From the sequence record SRR31156797_661: a stretch of DNA of 20,000 bases; one strand, 5' to 3'. The position numbers and the translations under genes were made by a program. A model generated the notes under the pieces. That model was not told the origin of the DNA. It did no database searches and worked only from the letters and a program-made list of their open reading frames with translations. The first letter of the stretch is position 1. Each line of letters begins with the position of its first letter. Shown in pieces: positions 6,878 to 15,433 of this stretch.

Positions 6878-7847
6878 ATTCTTTCTCAACAACTTCCCGT
6901 ATCTGATACGTCTTTGTTCCCATGACCGCGTCATAGGTGTTGGCTAACGATTCAAGGATGAATCCTGTGGACATGAAGCCCAGTGAGCTCAGGTAGAGCA
7001 GGATGCAGCCCATGAATGGCGGACGGGTGCCCATGTGGACTCCGAAGAAAACTTTTTCATAAAGCAGCCAGATCATGACCAGCGAGGCAAGCATGAACAT
7101 GAGCAGGCTGATGCGTCCGAAAAGATAGATGGGGCGTTGCTTGAATGAGGACTGGAACCAGAGCATGACGATGTCGAAAAGAACGTCAATGGACCGGGAC
7201 AGACCATAGTGGCTTTCCCCGGCAAAGCGCGGGGGGGCGGAAATGGGTACCTCGGAAGTGGAACCGCCCATGCCGTAAACCAGCGCAGGGATGAGTCTGT
7301 GCTGTCCTTCTCGCAGGGTCATGGAGCGGGCCAGCTTGCCTTTGAGTACGGAAAGTCCGCCCATATCTTTTACCTGACAGCCGCTGGTTGCGCGCATGAG
7401 GTAGTTGGCGATCTTGCTGGGTAGCTTACGCTTGATCATGGATTCGCCGCGATTGGTGCGGCACCCGGAAACAAGGTCGTAACCTTTGCGGATTTCTTCA
7501 ATTAGGGACGGTACTTCTTCAGGCTTATGCTGGAGGTCTCCGTCCATGATAACAACATAGCATCCCTGACTTTCCTGAATGCCGGCGTAGATTGCAGTGC
7601 ATTGTCCACGATTGCGCGCCAGCATGACTCCTTTGAGATTAGGGTCATCATCAGCAAGTTCACGAATAATGGATTCGGTGCTGTCGGTGGAACCGTCATT
7701 GACCAGCAGGATCTCATAGGTGGTGTTCATTCCCTGCAGGGCAGCAGTAATGCGTTTGTGGAATTCACGTACACAGCCTTCTTCATTGTGCATGGGAGTG
7801 ACAATACTGACTTCTATCTCTCTTTTACATTCTTCAGTTTCTATCAT
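6876..7847 (-). CDS. GT2 polyprenyl-phosphate glycosyltransferase (ArnC/GtrB/DPM1-like)
   Basis: SIVTPMHNEE, VNDGSTD, RNRGQ and MDGDLQH motifs, plus two C-terminal TM helices. Overlaps the upstream gene by 4 nt. Confidence 0.9.
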   Translation of the reverse strand: MIETEECKREIEVSIVTPMHNEEGCVREFHKRITAALQGMNTTYEILLVNDGSTDSTESIIRELADDDPNLKGVMLARNRGQCTAIYAGIQESQGCYVVIMDGDLQHKPEEVPSLIEEIRKGYDLVSGCRTNRGESMIKRKLPSKIANYLMRATSGCQVKDMGGLSVLKGKLARSMTLREGQHRLIPALVYGMGGSTSEVPISAPPRFAGESHYGLSRSIDVLFDIVMLWFQSSFKQRPIYLFGRISLLMFMLASLVMIWLLYEKVFFGVHMGTRPPFMGCILLYLSSLGFMSTGFILESLANTYDAVMGTKTYQIREVVEKE

Positions 7848-8716
7848 GATTTAATCTCTCCGCTACGGGGATCGATCTGCCCGTAGTTGACGGGGGTAGC
7901 CCCCAGTTCTTGAAATATTTTTAGCCATTCCTTGTGGAGCAGGGATTCTGACTCTTCCTTCCATTGCGCTTCTACCCGCATGGGACCGAATTCAGACGGC
8001 AACGGGCCATCTCCCTGTTCCGGGAGTCCGGGATGGCAGACGATTTCTACTATTTCAGGTCGATAAAATTCGACGTATTTCTTAAAAAGATGCGGGGCCA
8101 GATTTTCTTTCTGGTCGCCGATTCCCCAGACGCAATCGGCCGTGCGCGGCTCCTTGCCGGGAAAGCTTGCTCCGAGGCAGAGCTGTAAAAATCTGGTGCG
8201 CAGCATGCCTTTGTCAAAACGATTCAGGGGCGTGTGCTCGAAGGGTCGGCGTATCCACTTAATTCCGTACTTATTGGCAATTTTACCTGCCAGATTGTAG
8301 AGTCCGGGCCAGGCATGAATGTGTTTTTCGCTATCAAAGTGGGTCAAACGGACCTTGTGATCGAGCAGGTATTCCACCTGTGCGGACCATTCTTTTTCCA
8401 CCTCGGAAAGCTTGATGCGACCGCTCATGTAGCGCAAGAGCAGGGATGTGTAGTTGCCGAAAAGCAGCCCGTCATCATCCACAAGACTGGGGATGTGGTC
8501 CGGGTTGGAGATGGGTTTGCCGCGCAGCAGGTTTAAGTGCGCACCAAGTCCCAGCCCTTCGTATTTGTCCTGCAAAAGCACGGACTCAGATAAATCCGGC
8601 CCGTTGGCAAGAGTGGTGGACGAGGTAACAACCCCGGCTTCGGCAAGTTGGTCCACTGCCCGGCGTACAGCCGGATGCAGTCCGAGATCATCCACATTTA
8701 TTACAACTAGCATCAT
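7844..8716 (-). CDS. YdjC/ChbG/HpnK family carbohydrate deacetylase
   Basis: INVDDLG, GAHLNL, THFDSEKHIH and EIVCHPG motifs. GGAGG RBS. Confidence 0.88.
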   Translation of the reverse strand: MMLVVINVDDLGLHPAVRRAVDQLAEAGVVTSSTTLANGPDLSESVLLQDKYEGLGLGAHLNLLRGKPISNPDHIPSLVDDDGLLFGNYTSLLLRYMSGRIKLSEVEKEWSAQVEYLLDHKVRLTHFDSEKHIHAWPGLYNLAGKIANKYGIKWIRRPFEHTPLNRFDKGMLRTRFLQLCLGASFPGKEPRTADCVWGIGDQKENLAPHLFKKYVEFYRPEIVEIVCHPGLPEQGDGPLPSEFGPMRVEAQWKEESESLLHKEWLKIFQELGATPVNYGQIDPRSGEIKS

Positions 8717-8792
8717 ACCTCCGGTTTCAGACCCGGCAGTTTAAATGCATGTGGCGTGAAGGTAAAGTAAAATGGTGCGGCAGAGCGCGAGA

Positions 8793-9011
8793 TCAGCCAA
8801 AATCGCTGATTTTGGCTTGAGAGCGGACCAGATTGATGGCAATTTCTCCGATGGCAGGGCGGTAGGTCCCGGCCCGGATCTGGTCGCGGAGTTTGTTTAG
8901 TTTTTTCAGCCGTTCAGCAGAATCTTCCTCATTAAAAGAGGCGGCTTGCTTTTCAGGCGTAAGTGTACAGGACAGCATAATGCCGTCTATATCAGTCTTG
9001 TCGAAAGTCAT
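8793..9011 (-). CDS. Short FlgM-like (anti-sigma28) protein
   Basis: The C-terminus ERLKKLNKLRDQIRAGTYRPAIGEIAINLV matches the FlgM C-terminal pattern (R..+V..L+..I..G.Y......IA..L). GGGAGGGGAG RBS and a sigma28-type promoter upstream. Confidence 0.7.
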   Translation of the reverse strand: MTFDKTDIDGIMLSCTLTPEKQAASFNEEDSAERLKKLNKLRDQIRAGTYRPAIGEIAINLVRSQAKISDFG

Positions 9012-9073
9012 CTCCCCTCCCGGAGTGGTTTTTCAACTATCCTATCTATGCTTTTTGTGTGTGGTTAATAATC

Positions 9074-9100
9074 CTATCGTCCGTTTGCCGGGGATATTTA
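9074..9100 (-). promoter_or_regulatory. Putative sigma28 (FliA) promoter
   Basis: Minus strand reads TAAA-N15-GACGATAG, against consensus TAAA-N15-GCCGATAA (exact spacing, 4/4 and 6/8 matches). It lies about 60 nt upstream of the flgM-like ATG. Confidence 0.7.
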
Positions 9101-9283
9101 GTGCAGAGTGCTAAATAAATATTTTAAAGTCTGTGTATGTAATGCCATGTAATAACATGGTTTTTTGGGTGTGTGAAAGATTGGTAATTCAGCAAAGTTG
9201 CTGTAAATTTTGATTTAATTTAGTCTTGCACAACTTTTAAAAAATGTTTTGCTTGTTTTAATAATTTAAATACCCTCCAGAAA

Positions 9284-9910
9284 ATGAATGCTGATATATT
9301 AGGATATTTTGCTGCCGGGGCTGCTTTGGGCCTTGGCGCAGGAATGACTCCCGGCCCTTTATTGACCCTTGTGCTGAGCCAGACCATGGCCCATGGTCCC
9401 AAAGAGGGGGTCAAGGTGGCCTTTGCGCCATTGCTTACGGACCTGCCTATTCTTTGTGTTTGCTTGCTGGCAATGTCATGGATAAATACCCATCCGATGT
9501 TTATGGGGATTGTTTCATGCGCCGGAGCAGTCGTTGTAACGATGTTCGGGATCGACTGTTTTAAAACAAAAGCAATTGCTTTGACAGGAATTGAGGTCAA
9601 GCCCGGATCGTTGAAGAAAGGCATGTTGACTAATTATATGAATCCCCATGTATATATTTTCTGGGCCACAGTGGGGGCTCCGACGGTCATTGGAGCTAGC
9701 GATTACGGGGCTTCAGGGCCGATTTTGTTTTTGGGAGGTTTTTACGGATGCATAATTGGGGCTAAGATTGTGATTGCCTGTCTTGCCGGAAAATTCAAAT
9801 CCCTGCTTTCCAGCAGAGCTTACCTGATAGTCATGCGTTTTTTAGGATTGGCGCTTTTTGTTTTTGCTGCCTTTCTGATTAGAGACGGTTATTATTTTTT
9901 TGCTTCCTGA
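9284..9910 (+). CDS. LysE family translocator
   Basis: GMTPGPL, G-x-K-x-G and TNYMNPHVYIFW motifs; about six TM helices; 208 aa. Confidence 0.88.
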   Translation: MNADILGYFAAGAALGLGAGMTPGPLLTLVLSQTMAHGPKEGVKVAFAPLLTDLPILCVCLLAMSWINTHPMFMGIVSCAGAVVVTMFGIDCFKTKAIALTGIEVKPGSLKKGMLTNYMNPHVYIFWATVGAPTVIGASDYGASGPILFLGGFYGCIIGAKIVIACLAGKFKSLLSSRAYLIVMRFLGLALFVFAAFLIRDGYYFFAS

Positions 9911-9932
9911 TTTCTGGCTTCTTACAAAAATT

Positions 9933-9972
9933 AAAGCGGCGGCACCGTAATTATACTGTGCCGCCGCTTTTT
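9933..9972. terminator. Rho-independent terminator, probably bidirectional
   Basis: AAAGCGGCGGCAC...GTGCCGCCGCTTTTT between convergent genes. Confidence 0.88.
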
Positions 9973-10007
9973 ATTTGCTTATGGTACGGCTTAGCCGCTG
10001 GAGGTTT

Positions 10008-12893
10008 TTATAATACATCCACCAGATCGAGTTCAAGTCCGGATTCTTCCATGGCTTTCTTGCTGCCGAGTACAACGATATCTCCGTGCTCAGCTACAGA
10101 TTTGGCTGCATCTCCGAAGTTACGGAAATCCTGCTCGCTGCAATTCAGCACCTGCTCGCGGATATCCTGCCTGAAGGCTGCATCCTCGCCGCTGAGATGA
10201 CGGACCATGGAGGTGTAGCCCTTGGCATCGGGCAGCATGTAATTGTCGATTTCTCCGATTCCGCCAAGAATGGCTTTTTCCAACTCGTCGCTGTTCACTT
10301 CAAGAGTGTTTAAATATTCGGCAACACCGTCATAGGTGTCGATGGTGCGGGTCAGGTTGGGATCCCGGTAGGAGACAAAACTCAGGCTACCGGAAGCACG
10401 GTCAAACATGGAGAATGAACCGTAGGCCCCACCCTGTACACGGACTTTGTCCCAGAGATAACCGGTACGCAGATAGCGGCTGATTACGTGAGCTGCACCT
10501 GAATATTCGTAGCCGTGTTCGTAAACATCGGCACCCTTGGCAACGTAGTTGACCTGTGCGGGAATGCACAGACCTTCAGCCTTGGAAAAAGTCTGTCTGT
10601 TGCGTGCGGCAACGGACTTGCTGCCAACAGGCAGATTGCCGATCATATCAGTGATGGAACTTTCAACCGAACCGAAAGTCTTGCCGTCCAAAGTCACGTT
10701 GGTCAGCAGGTTGGCCTGGCTGAGGATGGTGGCGCGGATCATTTCAAGATCAGCAACCACGGAATCAAAATCATTATCTACTCGATCCGCCAGTTCGCGC
10801 AGGAACTCAAGACCGGAAATACCGTTCATGAGTTCGCTTATGTAACCGGCTTCGTTGAAACGGGCTTTCATACGTGTGGCAGCCATAATGTGACCGGAGG
10901 GAACAAGGGCCTGTTCCTTGCGGGCCTTGGATTCGAGCACCAGCTGGCGGATGCGCTCCTTGTTGTCCAAGGATGCTTCGCGCAGCAGTTCACCCATGAT
11001 GGAAAGCAGATCAGAACTGCGCTCGGCAGTGGCTTTACCGCGCAGCACAAAGCGGGTGTAGCTTTCGTCCACGCCGTGTTTGGAATTGACGATGGATGTA
11101 GGAGAGATTCCGCCGGTCTTGGCAGCCATACGTCTAGTCATGGTTACAAAATCGGTGGATTTGGTTCCGGTCTGGATCAGTGTCCGTCCGAACAGGGGCA
11201 GGTAGGGAAGCAGTCTGTCTTCCAGACCTGCGAAGTCGAAAGCAAGGTCAAGGTAGACAATACCGTTGGTGTCCAGATCGTGGAAAAGCATTTCGCCCTG
11301 TTCCTCGCAGACGATTTCCTTACCTTCTTTATCGAGGTCGGAAACCTTGAGCCGGGGGATGGTAGCCAGTGCTTCAGGAGCGTCGTGGGCTTCCTGTTCC
11401 TTCTGGAGTTCTTCGGCCTTGGCAATTACTGCTTTGTGCTCGGCATCGTCCATATCGGCGCGGGCGGCAGCTAGTTTTGTTTTCTCTCGCTCTTCACGCT
11501 CTGGGCCGACTTTGCTGTCGGGGGTGAGAAGCACAGAAGAACGGTAGTTGTTATTCAGGAAAATCTCTTCGATGAGTGGTTCGAATATCTTTTCGCCTTT
11601 TTCAATGCGCGTTTTGAGTTCAGCTAAGGGCTGCTCGTAGCGCACGTACTCAAGGGGATGTTCATCATAAAGCCATGAGGTCATGGCGGTGATCATTACT
11701 GAAAGTCCACGCGGGTAGGAACCGGTGTTGTTTTCGCGCAGGGAGAATTCAATGGTGTTCAGGGCTGCATCAATGTCTTCGCGGGCAATGGATTTGGCTG
11801 CAAGGTCTTTAAGTGTGGAAAAGACCAGTTCTTCAACCTTGGGTGCATCCTCGGCATTGATTCCTTTGAGTCCGGTGGAAAAGTAGAGCTGGCGCAGTTC
11901 GTTTTCCAGTCCGACTCCTGCCATGTCTTCGCCCAGTCCAGAATCATTAAGAGCTTTGCGCAGGGGAGAGGAGGGCAGCCCGATGAGAATTTGCTCCAGT
12001 ACACTCAGCTCAAGGTCAGTCATGGAATCGCGTCCCTGGCTGATACCGAAGTTGACGGTGAACATGGCTTTCTGGTTGCCCTCGTCAGAGGCGGCATACT
12101 TTTTCTCTACAGCAACGGGCTTTTCAAAAGGAGCTTGAACCCCGATTTCGGATTTGGGATCGATCTTCCCAAACTGGGAAAAGTATTCATCCAGCATAGC
12201 CAAACGATATGTCGGATCATCATCCCCGTAGAAAAATGCGTAGGCATTGGAGGGGTGGTAGTATTTACCATGAAAATCCATGAATTCTTCAAAGGTCAGC
12301 TCGGGGATTACTTCCGGGTCTCCGCCGGAATCAAGTCCGTAGGTGGTATCCGGAAACAGAGAGTGCTGGGTTGCTTCGTAAAGCAGGCTGTCCGGGGAGG
12401 AGTAGGCTCCCTTCATTTCATTGAATACAACCCCTTTATAGCTGAGACTGCCGTCTTCCTCGGGAACGTAATGCCAGCCTTCCTGCATAAGAGTGTTGGG
12501 GGTCAGGTTGGGGAAAAATACTGCATCAAGGTACACGCCCACAAGGTTGCGGAAGTCTTGTTCATTGGGGCTGGCTACCGGATAGACGGTTTTGTCCGGG
12601 TAGGTCATTGCGTTGAGGAAGGTCTGCAAGGAGCATTTCAAAAGTTCTACAAAAGGCTCTTTCACCGGATATTTTTTTGATCCGCAAAGAACGGAGTGTT
12701 CAAGGATATGCGGCAGTCCGGTGCTGTTCTCCGGGGGAGTGCGGAAGCTGATGCCGAAAGTTTTGTTCTCATCATTATTAATTACGGACAGAACCCGTCC
12801 GCCGGTTTTCTCATGTTCATAGATAACGGCTTCGCCGTTAAGTTCGTTAAGATATTCTCGTGATATTTCTTTGAAGCCATGTTCGTTGGTCAT
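10008..12893 (-). CDS. M16C insulinase-family metallopeptidase (presequence protease PreP/Cym1-like)
   Basis: HILEHSVLCGSKKYP (inverted zincin HXXEH), FLNAMTYPDKTVYP, GVVFNEMKG, VRVQGGAYG and SYRDP; 961 aa. GGAG RBS. Confidence 0.93.
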   Translation of the reverse strand: MTNEHGFKEISREYLNELNGEAVIYEHEKTGGRVLSVINNDENKTFGISFRTPPENSTGLPHILEHSVLCGSKKYPVKEPFVELLKCSLQTFLNAMTYPDKTVYPVASPNEQDFRNLVGVYLDAVFFPNLTPNTLMQEGWHYVPEEDGSLSYKGVVFNEMKGAYSSPDSLLYEATQHSLFPDTTYGLDSGGDPEVIPELTFEEFMDFHGKYYHPSNAYAFFYGDDDPTYRLAMLDEYFSQFGKIDPKSEIGVQAPFEKPVAVEKKYAASDEGNQKAMFTVNFGISQGRDSMTDLELSVLEQILIGLPSSPLRKALNDSGLGEDMAGVGLENELRQLYFSTGLKGINAEDAPKVEELVFSTLKDLAAKSIAREDIDAALNTIEFSLRENNTGSYPRGLSVMITAMTSWLYDEHPLEYVRYEQPLAELKTRIEKGEKIFEPLIEEIFLNNNYRSSVLLTPDSKVGPEREEREKTKLAAARADMDDAEHKAVIAKAEELQKEQEAHDAPEALATIPRLKVSDLDKEGKEIVCEEQGEMLFHDLDTNGIVYLDLAFDFAGLEDRLLPYLPLFGRTLIQTGTKSTDFVTMTRRMAAKTGGISPTSIVNSKHGVDESYTRFVLRGKATAERSSDLLSIMGELLREASLDNKERIRQLVLESKARKEQALVPSGHIMAATRMKARFNEAGYISELMNGISGLEFLRELADRVDNDFDSVVADLEMIRATILSQANLLTNVTLDGKTFGSVESSITDMIGNLPVGSKSVAARNRQTFSKAEGLCIPAQVNYVAKGADVYEHGYEYSGAAHVISRYLRTGYLWDKVRVQGGAYGSFSMFDRASGSLSFVSYRDPNLTRTIDTYDGVAEYLNTLEVNSDELEKAILGGIGEIDNYMLPDAKGYTSMVRHLSGEDAAFRQDIREQVLNCSEQDFRNFGDAAKSVAEHGDIVVLGSKKAMEESGLELDLVDVL

Positions 12894-13011
12894 TTATATC
12901 TCCATATTTTTGATGATGACCGGAAATTACCTAAATTAATTTTTCTTGGCAATGAACTAAACATTATAATTAACTTGTCTAGGGCCCATAAAATCAGGCT
13001 CTTAAGCTCTT

Positions 13012-13030
13012 AATAGTAAATATTACGATT
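13012..13030. promoter_or_regulatory. Candidate peroxide-regulator (PerR-like) operator upstream of ahpC
   Basis: AATAGTAA-ata-TTACGATT, an inverted repeat with one mismatch, just upstream of the -35. The assignment to PerR is inferred from the ahpC context. Confidence 0.5.
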
Positions 13031-13034
13031 ACTG

Positions 13035-13063
13035 TTGACAGGTTAAAAAGATTTTCATACTCT
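13035..13063 (+). promoter_or_regulatory. sigma70-type promoter of ahpC
   Basis: TTGACA-N17-TACTCT. Confidence 0.65.
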
Positions 13064-13134
13064 GCTTTCAACGGATGAGAAAAAAATGTTATTGAAATAT
13101 TGATTCTGAATTTAAAATACACAGGAGATAAAAA

Positions 13135-13767
13135 ATGAGCTGCACTGAAGTTTTTGAAGAAGTCCTTACTACAGCATCCATCGGTGAAAGTGTTCCTGAT
13201 TTTGTGATGGAAGCATATGATCCTGAAGATTGCGGTTTTACCGAAGTTAGTTTTGAATCAGTTCGCAAAGCAGGAAAGTGGCTGGTACTGTTTTTCTACC
13301 CGGCAGACTTCACCTTTGTCTGCCCCACCGAGCTTGCTGACCTTGCAGACAAGCACACCGAACTGGAAAAACTGGGTTGCGAAGTGGTCTCAGTCTCCAC
13401 AGATACCAAGTTTACCCATTTGGCTTGGAAGAATGACGAAAGGCTTCTCCAGAATGTGAAGTTCAAGATGGCAGCAGACCCCACCGGTGAAGTTTCTGAT
13501 TTTTTCGGAGTCTACGACCACAATACCGGTTTGGCCCTGCGCGGAACATTTGTTATTAATCCCGACGGCATGCTGGTTTCTTCTGAAGTCAACTTCTACA
13601 ACGTTGGCCGCAATGCTGAAGAGCTGCTGCGTAAGATTGAAGCAAATGTATATCTTAAGGATCATCCGGAAGAAGCATGCCCCGCAAAGTGGACTCCCGG
13701 TGAAAAAACCCTGACCCCCAGTGAAAAGCTGGTAGGTAAGGTCTATGAAGAACTTAACGGAGAATAA
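13135..13767 (+). CDS. ahpC: Typical 2-Cys peroxiredoxin (AhpC)
   Basis: FFYPADFTFVCPTE (peroxidatic Cys), LRGTFVINP, VGRN and ACPAKW (resolving Cys). AGGAG RBS. Confidence 0.93.
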   Translation: MSCTEVFEEVLTTASIGESVPDFVMEAYDPEDCGFTEVSFESVRKAGKWLVLFFYPADFTFVCPTELADLADKHTELEKLGCEVVSVSTDTKFTHLAWKNDERLLQNVKFKMAADPTGEVSDFFGVYDHNTGLALRGTFVINPDGMLVSSEVNFYNVGRNAEELLRKIEANVYLKDHPEEACPAKWTPGEKTLTPSEKLVGKVYEELNGE

Positions 13768-13852
13768 CCTCCTTTAGAGCAAGTTAGCCAATACAGTCTA
13801 TGCTCGGTTAACCTCGAATAAACATCACACCTAGTTGCCTCATAACCACGAT

Positions 13853-13900
13853 AGTGCGTCCGGAATCCCCCATGTTCCGGGCGCACTTGTTTTTTGTTTT
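13853..13900 (+). terminator. Rho-independent terminator after ahpC
   Basis: AGTGCGTCCGGAA-N9-TTCCGGGCGCACT followed by a T-rich tract. Confidence 0.8.
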
Positions 13901-13968
13901 GACCGCAACACACTTGGAGTTTATCCTGAAAGTCTGGGTGGAACTGTTCGATAAAATTTGAGGTAAGT

Positions 13969-14757
13969 ATGGTTTGGGACGGGTTTGACGCGGAAAAATT
14001 TGAGACATGGTTCAAGACCCCTGCCGGGCAGTTTGCCCTTGAGCAGGAGGTCAGGCTTATGGACCATCTTATTTCCGGCTGGCCCCGGCGCAAAAGAAAG
14101 CTGCTGGAAGTGGGCTGCGGTACGGGGTTGTTTCTGGAGCATCTTTACCGCTGCGGTTTCGATATCAGTGGGGTGGATCATTCTCCGGTAATGCTGGATG
14201 CCGCTCATAAACGTTTGGGCAATCGCGCTTCTTTATATCTTTGCAATGGGGAGCATCTTCCTTTTTCAGACAATGAGTTCGATTTCACCGTGCTCTGGAC
14301 TGTACTTGAATTTTGTTCCGACCCCGAGGAAATGCTTCGTGAGGCCGCAAGGGTTTCAGCCGGGGGATTGCTTATCGGATTTCTAAACCGCCATTCAATC
14401 TATTTTTTCACTCACGGCAGGATGTGGCCTTGGGCTTCTCCTTCAACCTTGCGTCAGGCCCATTGGTATTCGCCTTCGGAAATGCGCAGGGCAGTTAAGA
14501 AAACCAGCGGTTATGGTTCGGTTATGACCCGTTCTGTTCTGCCCGGTCCCATGTGGAGCTGGAAAAACAGGACCCCGCTCAAGCAACTCAATGGGATTGT
14601 TTATCCTCCGTATTTTGGTGCTTTTACCGGATGCAGGGTTGATTTTCATAACCGTCGTCCCATGAACCCGCTGCATGCTTGGAAGAACATGCCTTCAGCT
14701 GTGACTTCCACAAAAAGGAAAACCCTGAAACCGGAATGCTTCCGGGATTCAAAGTAA
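13969..14757 (+). CDS. Class I SAM-dependent methyltransferase (Methyltransf_11-like)
   Basis: LLEVGCGTG, GVDHS, LPFSDNEFD and LREAARV motifs. GAGG RBS. Confidence 0.88.
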   Translation: MVWDGFDAEKFETWFKTPAGQFALEQEVRLMDHLISGWPRRKRKLLEVGCGTGLFLEHLYRCGFDISGVDHSPVMLDAAHKRLGNRASLYLCNGEHLPFSDNEFDFTVLWTVLEFCSDPEEMLREAARVSAGGLLIGFLNRHSIYFFTHGRMWPWASPSTLRQAHWYSPSEMRRAVKKTSGYGSVMTRSVLPGPMWSWKNRTPLKQLNGIVYPPYFGAFTGCRVDFHNRRPMNPLHAWKNMPSAVTSTKRKTLKPECFRDSK

Positions 14758-14778
14758 ATTTGCTAAGGAGATTTTCAG

Positions 14779-15210
14779 ATGAAAAAAATGGTTCCGCTGC
14801 TAATTGTTTGTATTCTTTTTGTTGCTTCCGGTTGTGCCAATAAAGCCCAGTCCGGTGCCGGAATCGGTGCTTTGGCCGGGGCGACCATTGGAGCCCTCAC
14901 CTTTAAAAACAAGGCTTCCGGTGCTGCTATCGGTGCTGGTATCGGTGCGCTCATGGGGTATGTGGTTGGTAATGAGTGGGATAAAAAAGATGAGCAGCAG
15001 GTCTCAACGACTTTGGAAAACAACCATTCCGGTGAGACTTCTAGCTGGACCAATCCGGATACCGGAAAATCCTATAGTGCTACACCTTCTCCGGCTTACG
15101 TGAATCAGGGTAAGGTCTGCCGTGATGTGACCATTACCGAGGATGGCGGGGAGCAAATTTTAGCTAAGGCTTGCCGTGGTGATGACGGTGTCTGGAGACT
15201 GAAGCAATAG
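14779..15210 (+). CDS. Glycine-zipper lipoprotein (Rickettsia 17-kDa surface antigen-like)
   Basis: Lipobox VASG-C, GAGIGALAGATIG...GAAIGAGIGALMG zipper, WTNPDTG and a C-terminal CR...ACR..DGVW Cys pair. Confidence 0.85.
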   Translation: MKKMVPLLIVCILFVASGCANKAQSGAGIGALAGATIGALTFKNKASGAAIGAGIGALMGYVVGNEWDKKDEQQVSTTLENNHSGETSSWTNPDTGKSYSATPSPAYVNQGKVCRDVTITEDGGEQILAKACRGDDGVWRLKQ

Positions 15211-15232
15211 TTAATAGTCTGAGTTTTAAAAT

Positions 15233-15270
15233 AAAAAGAGCGCGGAATCGCATGGTTCCGCGCTCTTTTT
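15233..15270. terminator. Bidirectional rho-independent terminator
   Basis: AAAAAGAGCGCGGAA-N8-TTCCGCGCTCTTTTT. Confidence 0.9.
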
Positions 15271-15433
15271 TGTTTGAAATGTCGGAGTGAGTGCTGATTA
15301 TAATAAGTAGAATAGGTTGCACTCAGATTAAATGGGAGCTAAAGGAAGTGCTTGCTCCTATGTTGGAAAGAAGACCACTCCCTGGGGAAGTGGAAGAATG
15401 GAAGTGGCCTTCTTTTCAGCGGAATCCCGCCAA

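Noticed and set aside
10086-12822. Long antisense ORFs such as 10515..11474 and 11991..12680
   Set aside because: These are shadow frames opposite the M16 peptidase, with no protein-like features. The same applies to antisense ORFs over motA, motB, cls and the other genes.
10008-12893. Eukaryote-derived PreP as a novelty
   Set aside because: M16C peptidases are known in various bacteria, and nothing in its composition or flanks suggests recent transfer.
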